Shown piece by piece: positions 36,649-51,321 of a stretch of 64,000 bases of DNA. The stretch is from positions 396,107-460,106 of the forward strand of contig OZ316895.1 of NCBI GenBank assembly GCA_973895155.1, read 5' to 3'. The notes below the pieces were generated by a model. That model ran no database searches and was not told where the DNA came from. It saw only the letters and a program-made list of their open reading frames with translations. This DNA is from Marsupella aquatica. Lineage: Eukaryota > Plantae > Marchantiophyta. A program made the position numbers and the translations under genes. Position 1 is the first letter of the stretch. The number at the start of each line of letters is the position of its first letter.

Positions 36649-38048
36649 GCAAGAACGCTTGGCATTGTGTTTGCTTTCGGCTTTCGGCTTTCCTTTGTAT
36701 TTGCTTTCGGCTTTCCTTTGTGTTTGCTTTCGGCTAACCTGTCGTCTAGCAAAGGGCACTTTGCAGGGTTCAGTCGTCGCACATCGTCAATTTACAGGGT
36801 CACTCGGTTTTGCAGAGCCTCAGCCCTTCAATCTTCCCTGTATACTGTGTGCACATAACGACACAGCAGGGACACGGGATCGAAAGGCTGGACTGCATGT
36901 TGGAGTGGGTAGGATCGACTGCATCAAGAAGATCGTGCTTTATGCGCTAAGGTTAGACAAGTGTGAAGGCCGCATTCTGAAGGACCGACTCCATGCGAGT
37001 TGACTCTTAATGTTTTTGCAAGGCCATTCTCTTGTGCTTCCATCAGCCTGAGCTCGTTTGAGAAGGACAACGCTATGGGCATAGCGTTGGCGACAGGATA
37101 GTAGATCTGTCATCATTCATAGCCTGTTTGAACGAATATCTGTGAGCTCTCTGGATTGGCAATTGCTGCTATGAATAGTTTCCGACACTGGACACAAGCA
37201 AGTTCGGATGTGAACTGCAGTGGGACGTGAAGTTGGTCACCGCTTTTGCCAGCTCTGGGAAACGGGAACTTCCAGCTCAGATCTCGACGTTGCTTCTGTA
37301 CATCCACTTCTCCGTCAGTGAACCAAAAGTTAAAGCAGCTGCTCGTTGCATTCCGGTAAGTGCTCCGGTTGAACTCAAACCCGCTCCAAAACGTTTTGGT
37401 TTCAATTTTTTTTATGATTCGGGTCCAAGTGGCATTGTTGAGTCCTCTGGGACATCCAAATTCAATTCGTTAATTGATACTGTCCGTCAAGGAGTACTGC
37501 AAATCCAGCATACGAATCGCCACTTCTACCATCACAAAGATTTGGTGTCTCCAAAACTTTACATCTCAGATTCTCCTGTTTTGCGATTTTGCTAGCTGTG
37601 CATACGGATGGGAAGCCTTCAAACATCAGGACACCCCCCATAAAATTCTTTTAACATACTTGCTGTCTTCTACTTTCTGGCCCTTGCCACATTTGGTAAT
37701 CGTAGACGTTCAATTCAGCTTAATTTGAAACAAGATAGTCCCATTAATGTGAATTTCAATGATTAAGTTGCAGTTTTCTCGTGATCTTTTAATCAGCTCC
37801 AGTCGTTCAATCATGACTGTAAACTCCGTTCAGCCGGATGCATTTCTCAATTGACCATGATGTCCTGATGTTATTCTCCTTTCTTCTTCGCTTGAACATA
37901 AAAGTTTGTATTCCCTAAATTAAAAATTGGTTCAACAAATGTTATCTCGACTCTTTGATCCTTGTTGGGAGTACTCTCACAAAGCCTGGCTTCCCTCCAG
38001 ATGTGGGTATCGGAGGTAAAGGATTCACAACAGCAATCATCCCACAAC

Positions 38049-41000
38049 ATGCGAGGGAGAAAAGGCAGCTCTATCTTTCGCCCTTTACTCTTGTCTGCAC
38101 TGCTTCTGCTCGTCTCAGGACTGGTCGCCCATGCCTCCGAATCTCTGGAGGAAAACGAATCGGTGAAGAGATTCCGAGAGTACTTACGGATCCCCACGGT
38201 GCACCCAGAACCCCACTATGAGGTGGCCATAGACTGGCTGCTTGCCCAAGCAGATGAAATCGGTCTTCCAGCAACAGTACTGGAGCTGGTACCCAAGAAG
38301 CCCATCCTATACATAACATGGCAGGGGACCAATCCCTCGTTACCATCCATTTTGCTCAATTCACATATGGATGTTGTCCCTGTTGAGAAGGACAAGTGGA
38401 AGTACGACCCTTTCGAGGCCTACATGGAGGAGAGCGGGGACATTTATGCTCGAGGCTCACAAGATGATAAGGTGGTGGGAATTCAACACTTAGAAGCTAT
38501 GAGACGATTGAGAACTCAAGGCTACACTCCATTGAGAACCATCCATGTGATCTTTGTCCCAGATGAAGAAATCGGAAGTGCAGATGGGTGGGGGACATTC
38601 ATAGATTCGGAGCAATTCTTGGAGCTGAACGTTGGGGTGATGTTGGATGAAGGGCGGGTGTCAGACAGCAATTCTTCTTATGATGTAGGACATGCTGAGA
38701 AATCTCCATGGTGGCTCATAATCGAGGCGGTGGGGGAGCCAGCACACGGGTCCATCTTGAGTGACAACACTGCAATGGAGAATCTACAGAAGAGTTATGA
38801 GTCTATTTCTCGGTTCAGAGACTCCCAATTCAACCTGGTCAAGGCAGGACTTGCAGAACAGACAGATATTGTGTCAATCAATGGAGCTTATTTGAAAGCT
38901 GGTACTCCTTCTGGTGATGTACGTGCATTCAAGTCTCGGTTTTTGTCTTTGGGCATTCAGCTTCTGAAATTGCTGAATGTAATCATCATATACATTTTGT
39001 TTTCCTTAACAATCCGGAACGTCATAAGTTCCTCTGCTTTTGAAAAGTCCGACGTAATTACCAAACTTCGTTGCTCGTTCAATGTTGCAATTATTTCCTT
39101 TATCTTAAAATCAAAGCACGATGGCTATGGAAACTGTTAATGGCTGTTGCTCTTCGGAGCGGTGTCCAGTTGAAAGGTGCCCGCTGGTCATGCTTGCATT
39201 CTTTCATTACAATGCAACCAAATTCCGGCATTGTAGACCGCAAAAGCCAGGGTGGGCTGACGCTATGTTCCTTACCATAAACAGCTCATGTTGCCATACA
39301 GGGATTCGCAATGAACGTTCAACCGTCAGCAGCGGAGGCAGGATTTGATATTCGAGTTCCACCGATTGCTGGAATTGGTGCATACCTTGACAAGCGCATT
39401 GCTGAAGAGTGGGCACCTGCATGTCGCAACTTGACTTACTATGTAAGTGATGAAAAAATGAGGAATATCTTAATCACTTTAATCTGGAAACACTAGAAAT
39501 CGAGCATACGTGAACTACACCAACGTGTCCTCGTAACGTCCTACCCTTGCTGTTCTATATTCGTCGCCTGTCTTTTCCCTCTATTACTCTTGTCAGTGGA
39601 CTCGTTCCTTTCCGGTAAAGATCAGGTATGTTAAAGAACTTAATTTGAGCATTCCCCAAAGCGGGAAAGCGATTTAGAGCTAAATCTGTTGGGTCTCCTT
39701 CATAAAGTTAGCATGTTCCTCTTACTAGTTTGCTTCACTCTTTCTGGCCCACTTTGTACGTCCTACCCTTTGTCACGGTTCAAGCTTTTAAGTCAATTCA
39801 TCACCTTTTCACTCTTGCATGGTCATATATGTTCTCTATCTTCTTTCAAAGAATTGGTAAATTGTGTCACATCAAGTTGCACAGCATCTTCATTATAGCC
39901 TCATCGTGGCAGAAAGCATGCTGGCCTGCCAGATCCTTTGCAGCATAATCGAATTCTTCAGGGGTATTTCCTATACAACCAGTCATTATCTTGGCAGAAA
40001 GCTTCTCTCGCCTTCCATACTTTTTGAGCTTTGCCGATTTTTCTATAGGGGTATTTCCGATACAACCAGTCGTAGAGTGTAAGTCCTGGTTCATAATGCG
40101 AACCATGTATTTCTACGTTACTATCAGTTCTAGCCTCTGAGATGCTGTTCTTCTAGTCGTTCGACTAGAAGTGATGTCCCTTGTTTGTGGCTTCTAGTGC
40201 CGACCAGACGATCTTTCTACACCCTCTGTTTTCTGTTATTCAAATGTTAATCTGGATTATGGTGAAGAAGTCCTGATGTCGGTGCCACTTGTTGCGTTGA
40301 GTGAGTCACCTGGTCTACTTACGAAGTATGGACAAAGCCTGACCTAGACGTTATGTAAACCCAACAAATGCCATGTTGTGAATAACCAGATCAACTTCCG
40401 AGCGTCAGCATTGGAGACTCTCTGACGCTGACTCTTAGGTAGCTGTTGTTCATTTTTCATATTGCAGTTTAAGGTGAAGGTTGAGACTGAGAACGGTGAA
40501 CCTCCAATAACTGTAGCAGATGACTCCAATCCATGGTGGGCTCTCATTGGCACGGCAGTGTCGATGTTTGATACCACAATTGTTGCAAGTGTTGCTACTG
40601 GCGCGACAGATTCTCGGTTTGTGAGGGTGAAAGGAATCCCATCGTTCGGGTTCACTCCAGTACAGAATTTGCCCTTTCTTATGCATGCTCACAACGAGGT
40701 ATTCTTCTCGGCAAGACCTCTGAGCCACTTTCTGAAATAATGTGAATTGATTTCTTGTATCATTGAATTTCCAACCACTAAGAAGGTTGTATTTCGAACT
40801 AAGTTTCTCTGTTCAAGTGGCCGTTTTGTGAAGTGTTATACTTCCGTCCACCTGATGACAAAAGAAACAAAAGAAGTATGATTTATCGAGTTAATTCGCC
40901 CAGTGAAATTTCTAATAAACATTGAAAGCTGGAAAGGTTATGATGTATTCCACCGTAGCTTGTAAACAAACCAAAAAGAAAGTTCAGTTGCGTTCGGTGT

Positions 41001-41289
41001 TGATATAAATTCCGAGAGTAGAGTAGCGTGTGAATTGAACTGACAACCTGGAGCAATCAGATGACTGGTTTTGTCATTGTTGGGTGTATTGAAAGTTCCC
41101 TCAGTCAAAGTTGAAACAACTCAGATCTCTTGTACTTGTGTTCTTCTGTTGCAGTTTATGAATGCTTGGGAATTTCTCAAGGGAATAACTGTTTTCGAAC
41201 AAGTCATCCAGTTCTATGGAAACTACACCGGTGAATTGCAAGTGGCCGGTGATGATTTCAGCCAGACAGCAGAGCACTTGAAAATTTGA
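38049..41289 (+). CDS. ACY1: Aminoacylase-1 (peptidase M20A) with signal peptide, 4 exons
   Basis: Exons 38049-38918, 39302-39442, 40468-40698, 41155-41289. Motifs FREYLRIPTVHP, LLNSHMDVVP, IYARGSQDDK, PDEEIG, LDEG, MNVQPS.AEAGFDIRVPP, GATDSRF, LMHAHNE. Confidence 0.94.
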
Positions 41290-42379
41290 AGCTGGTCCAA
41301 CGTCCTCGGTGGCAAAGTTTCAGAACCTCCTTTTAAACGATTCATATAGACGATCAAAGGTACTCGTGTTTTGAAGCTGTAGCTGACAACATTATAAGTA
41401 AATTTATCAGTCGGCCAGGCTGGAATGATCCAACAGTGTGCAGACATAAAATTGTGCATGCTTCCAGAGTGATTACACAGGACACCTCTTAGGGTCGTAT
41501 GAGAGTCTCAATTAGAAGTTGCTTGTAATTTTGTTGGGCCCATATTTCTATTAGCGGGAGCACTTAGTTACTTTTTGGGTAGATAACCGAAAGACCCGCC
41601 TGCATCTCGCTTTGTGAGAGTGTCGATTTGCATCGCTAACCCTTCAACAAGGCTGCAAAATGATGTAATCAAGATGAAATACTATTACGCTTGTGATAGT
41701 TGTGCTTTCGAGACATGAAGCATTTCTTTGTAAAAATCTATTGGAATTGGGAAATAGGATTGAGCCAACACAGAGACTATCCAAGAAGTACCCTACTCCT
41801 GAAGAAAATGCGCAAGAGCAACACTTGGTTCTCAGAAAATCCCGCTCTTTCGAAGAAGCTATACAGCAACGCTGATCTGATCTCTTTTGAGGTATTTAAT
41901 TTTTATTTGGATTGATCTTTATTTTCTTCCACATATTCTTTATAGTAGTTCTTGGAATGAATGGTTTGGCTCCATTTTCGCACAGGTTTGACGACGACAA
42001 ATTAGTTGGAAATTTTGCAAATTCCAATCGTTTCTGCTCATTCTATTCAACGGGAGCATCCATAGACGCCTGGAATTGCCCATAGAGGCAGTAAGAAATG
42101 CCGAAAGCAATGTGTGGAAAAGATCGTGCATTAGGAAGTTTGTGCAGGGCTTTTCAGAATCTTCCGATGAAGGCAGTCCCTGGCATTCTTCCCTCCTCGT
42201 CCTTCTTGCCAACCCATAGTGTGCTCACGATCTACCAAAAGTCTCACTTTGAACCTAGATCTATGGGGTCCGGCCATTTTTAGTTTTAACTATTTCATAG
42301 GATGCTCGGATGGATGAAAAATTTTGACCTCTGGATCTGAAGGACAAAGCACTTTTTCACACCCAAAACACTGAGATTT

Positions 42380-42976
42380 TGTTGTTGTTGCCTTGAAACC
42401 CAAAGCTGACCCATCCAACAGAGGATAGGCCATCAACTCCGGAGCATGCACCTCTGTAGCGTAGCCCACAAGGGGATAACCCACAAGGGAGATCATACCC
42501 ACGACTAGGAGGGAGAGAGGGTTGGACCAGAGCCCAAAAGCAATCCAGCCAAGGCTAAGGAGAAACCGGTACTTCCATCACTACACTCCACCCACACACA
42601 CTCACCCTTCACAACCCTTGCACGTGGAGGGGGGGATTGAACCTGGGACCTCTCTGTTCTAGCTCATCTTGACTGAGGAGAAACCAGTACTCCCACCACT
42701 ACACCCACCCACACACAACTCACCCTCCACAACCCTTGCACATGGAGGGGGGATTGAACCTGGGACCCACTCACCCACACACAACTCACCCTCCACAACC
42801 CTTGCACATGGAGGGGGGATTGAACCTGGGACCTCTCAGTTCTAGCTCATCCCTGGCCAGTTGATTCAAAACACTGAGATTTACTCTCTAAATGAAAAGA
42901 GATTTACTCTCTAAATGAAAAGTAACCTCTCAGTTCTAGGCTGACCCCCTGGCCAACTGACCACAGCCAGTTGGTT
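42380..42976 (-). mobile_element. tRNA-derived SINE with internal tandem duplications and (CAA)n tail
   Basis: Minus-strand A-box-like TGGTCAGTTGG (~42951-42965) and B-box GGTTCAATCC (3 copies). The tail reads TGTTGTTGTTG on + at 42380-42390. 16-bp TSD CAAAACACTGAGATTT at 42364-42379, 42867-42882 and again 42977-42992. Confidence 0.75.
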
Positions 42977-43501
42977 CAAAACACTGAGATTTACTCTCTA
43001 AATGAAAAGTAATGGACGCGTACAGCTCATATTCCAACTTTACTACATCCGCTGCTACATCACTGTACACCAAACTTCCCTTCGAGAAAATACGTGGTTG
43101 TGCATTTTGACGGACTTACAATGGACTTAAGTGTGCGGCTTCTAGGGACCTGGTTAAAGCTGCATTCATCAAGATTACTTGTTACAAGGAATTGCACTAT
43201 TTAATGTGGGTTGGTACTTCTGTCCAATTTGTTCGCTGCCAATTATTAAAGAACGATCTTCGACCGAATCAAACTAATGTGTTTATGCGAGACTATGTGC
43301 AAATCAAAGCACAGATCTCTAAAACATGTGGCCAAACTCAGGAGCCGTATTAATTCGTGGTGAATGTTTTTATTCGATTGGACTGACTTCGTGCACCGGG
43401 CACAATAATATTACAAGTACAATGGCTAATTCCTCGAGCAATTTCTGATAAATGACCAGCTTGGTGCCGTTGTCATGCTTCGAGAGACCCAAGACTATGA
43501 T

Positions 43502-47629
<4,128 letters not shown>

Positions 47630-49073
47630 TCTCACGTTCTGCTTTGTCATCGAAGGACCCACAACCACCCTCTCCTACGTTGTGGGGCTCGTCATCTTTA
47701 GCTTCGTCGCGTATTTCGTCTTCTTTAAGACGAGTGGTGGAATCATAATCCTAGACCGGTTGTCTTGTAGCGCCGAGTGAGGTTGTTCTTCTTAACTCTT
47801 CAAAGAACTGCGTCAACAAACGTTAGATGTCAGCTTAGTCATACAATTGTCTTCAACTACGACAACTGGGGGAATGAGGTTTCAAACACATGTGAGGAAG
47901 ATGGGAAGGACGACGTTAGTCAGCTGATGTGCGTTTTGTTCCGAGATTTTGTATATCCCCTTCTGTGTGTACTCCATTGTTCTTTGCGTAATCCATTTCT
48001 CTCTTATCGTCCCAAGCAAGCCGTGGCCTATCGACTGAATTCTCTACTAAGTGCCTGGATTGCAACAATGGACGTAGTTTACGGAAGCTTGTGAATTTTT
48101 CTAAATGTTCTGGAAAGGATTGCACCAGTGGATGTGTTTTACGTATACTGAATTGAAATTAGCTCGTCCTCCACATGCTTCTTCAGCTCATTCACGCAAT
48201 CTACCTTTGTGTCGTATTTCCCTTAATCACTCAAGGCACCCATCTTCGTACCCCTCTCCGTGTGCGTGCATGCAGTCGGTGACTGCCAGTAGACATTGCG
48301 GCAGAAAAAGCAATGAGGTGCACATAGAAGGTCTAAGGACAGTTCTGCCGTGAAAGAAATTCTCCTGTGCGTCGTGGAGTGCAGAACAGAGTCATCAGTA
48401 TTCGATTAGTTGTACTAACCTCATTGGCATAAAAATTGCTAAGAAAGCCGGGTTAGAAATGCTACATGAGCATTGAATTAATTGAAATGTACAGAGATTT
48501 CAGAAGGTTTACCTTCGAACTCGAAAGTGGCGACAACCCTAGGCCACTGTGATCACTGTACTCTCACGGAAACTGAATTTCCAGAACAGCTTGAATTTGT
48601 GCTTTCATTGACAGCAGCGAAGGATTGAGTTATAGACCTCAAAACCGAGGCGACGGACGACAGATTGGGTTTGGAACCCACCATCATAGAATACTCTCTC
48701 TTTGTATCCCCCGACTGCATAAGGGGAATCACTCAGCCCCACTCGTAACTGTAATGATAAGACTAGCTAGCATGCATTGAGAATGAATGCCACCAAGTGC
48801 ACCTTCAACTCGAGGGCACCACTGAGATGAAGAGAACAGCACCTCTTCCAGACATTATTGGAACAGAGGTATGTGTTAATTTCGCCCTCAAGCTACAGTG
48901 GTCCTGAATTCGGCTGCGCAGTACCAGCTCCCACTAGTAGTAGTATTCGAAGTGTCGCAAACAGGAATCCCTGCTCTTGATTGCTAGAAACAGGAAATAC
49001 CAAGTCTACACCCAAGTCTGGACCAGTCACCTCCAGATTCCAGGTATGACCAGCAAACTTTTTTCTTCGCTTG

Positions 49074-49207
49074 TTGCTTTTTTAAGAAATGGGGTCGAGC
49101 ACAATTTGCATCCACACATGAATCACGCTCGGCAGGGCTATTTGCTTTTTGTTAAGAAATGGGGTCGAGACACAATTTGCATCGACATATGAAACACGCC
49201 CGGCAGG
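49074..49207. repeat. ~68-bp tandem duplication
   Basis: TTGCTTTTT..TAAGAAATGGGGTCGAG.CACAATTTGCATC.ACA.ATGAA.CACGC.CGGCAGG occurs twice. Confidence 0.85.
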
Positions 49208-49220
49208 ACCGAGCAGTGAA

Positions 49221-50006
49221 AGCTGCTCGTTGCATTGTGGTATGTGCTCTGGGTAATCTGAAACTCCGCTTCAAAACGTTTTGATTTCATTATTCGGGAA
49301 CCAGCTCACTCCCTTTCCAGTGGCCATTCTGGATCCTCTGGGACTTTCGATTCAATTCGTTCATTTAGTCTTTCCGTGAAGGCCGACTAAAGATTCTGCA
49401 TACGAAGTGCGTCTTCTACTGCCATCAATGCTCCAGTTTTTGCTAGCTTGTCTTCGGATCATGGGAAGCCCTCAAACATCAGGGCACTCAACATCAGGGC
49501 ACTTATAACTTCTTTGTTTACATGCCTAGTTCTTTCTTCCCCTCCCGCTGGTGGAAGTCGTAGACGTCGAATACAGCTTAACCTTGACAAGATACTCGTT
49601 CATTCCCTCACTCATGTGATTTTCAATGATGTACAGTGCAGTTTTGGTCGAATCATGATCTTCTTCGATCAGTCGGATGAATTCCTCAATCGACTAAGAT
49701 TGCCTGAACTCGATTCCTCTTAATAGTGATGTGTTTCCTGTTTCTTTCTAGCTTGAATTGAAAAGTAGGCAGTGATAATCAAAGCCTAGCAGCAGACCAC
49801 TTGAAGATTTCAGGCTACTCGACCGTCCTCGGTGGCAATGTGTGACAACCTCTTTTTAAAAGATCTCATGTAGATGATCAAAGGGATTACTGATTTGCAG
49901 CTTTAATTGGCAAATTATAAGTAATTTAATCAGTCAGCCAGGCGCAGTTGGAAAGATCCAACCAGGTGCAGACACAAAATTGTGCGTACTTCCTAAAGTG
50001 ATGACA
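49221..50006 (+). pseudogene. Duplicate of the ACY1 locus retaining only its 5' and 3' flanks (coding region absent)
   Basis: 49221-49765 is collinear with 37337-37905, and 49770-50006 is collinear with 41250-41480. Confidence 0.75.
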
Positions 50007-50702
50007 GATGTCCAAATGAGAAATAGAAATGGTGTGAACTTTTTGGTGTACCCATCTTTCTTCGATTTTGTTCCTATAATGACAGTCCAGTCAAATTGCT
50101 TCAGCAGAAGTTCATTACACGGATTGCCTACCCATCTCTCCAATCCAGATGTTTTAGAAAATATCCAATGACTTGAAATATACAAACCGGATTTTGAATT
50201 GCCCTTGGACACGGGGTTTTGGGTGCAGAACAGTGGATAGGCGATGCATGTAAATAATCCACGCTAGGAAAAAGCAACTGAAGTCCTTCTGGGAAAGGAA
50301 GCGCCAAGAAAAGTGTCAACATGCCTGAGATGTTGTCATGGCATAACGATTGTCCTCCCAAAGTTCAGATTTGCGAACCGTTTGAGAAACATTGGTCAAA
50401 TCCATTGACAAATTTTTGGGACCTCAGAGATCACACGTAAGTACCTTTCCAATATTCTTGGTGAATTGGGACTATAAGAGACCGAATAATGGTGATGTCG
50501 GACCGTTTGTGCAAACCCTACATTTGTGCATACTTTGGGTGCGAATGTGCTTCTAGTGACGGGACTGGGATTTGCCAAGTGGAGGCCTAATTAGGCAACC
50601 TACAGAAATGGATAAAGTTTGACAAATGGAGGGCTGATAGGACAAGCTCAATCTGAATCACAACAAAAAGTAAATTGCAGTTGCTTATGGCACACAAAGT
50701 TT

Positions 50703-51197
50703 TCATAGTTCCCTTGACATCCCCATTTGTCCAGCTGACCCTTCTAAATACTCCGTAACCTCTCTATGAATGAAATTGGCGTCACCAGCATCGAAGGCCA
50801 AATTGAGCAACTCTTCCTCGCTTAAAAAACCACAGCAATTCGATAGTGTAGTACAGTGCAAACATAGTGAACGGAACAAATACCAGAAATACCCAGAAAA
50901 TTGAAACAAATGTAAGAAACACATCGAGCTGTTGGAAGGGTGGCGATGATGCCCTCGGTCCCAAGATTAAGCCTTGTAAAAATATATTCGAGCTCTTCTG
51001 TGGGTGCCCATCTGAGATGCAACCACAAAGGTTTAAGAAAAATGTCTCAGAAAATCAACACAAGCGAAAGAGAGAAAGAAATTTGATCTCTGAGATAACC
51101 CGCCGAAACGCTTTGTGCTTTCAAGTCTCTGTCGGGCTTGTGAGTCCAGCAGATGGAATGCGGAGATAAATATGTAGTCAGTTCTTTGAAAATCCAT
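50703..51197 (-). CDS. Possible small spliced gene with degenerate EF-hand-like segments, divergent from NADK3
   Basis: Three short minus-strand ORFs (MDFQRTDY.., WAPTEELEYIFTRLNLGTEGII, SEEELLNLAFDAGD) separated by pyrimidine-rich intron-like stretches ending in AG. Confidence 0.3.
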
Positions 51198-51321
51198 CCC
51201 GCAAGAGAAGGCCTCGTCGTGTAAATCATACCTACAGAACATATTCCGAGGAGGAGAGCATGATTTGATCTATGCGACTGCGGGCTTGCGATTGTTGTGG
51301 CCGTGCCCGGTGAATGAGATA

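Larger units (their letters stand above)
30750..37006. mobile_element. Full-length PIF/Harbinger DNA transposon (6257 bp)
   Basis: 26-bp TIRs GAG(C/T)CAACTCGCATGGAGTCGGTCCT at 30750-30775 and 36981-37006 (1 mismatch); TTA TSD at 30747-30749 and 37007-37009; convergent Myb and DDE transposase genes inside. Confidence 0.95.

Noticed and set aside
38049-38135. Signal peptide on aminoacylase-1 as a novelty
   Set aside because: Plant aminoacylase-1 homologues commonly have an N-terminal hydrophobic leader.
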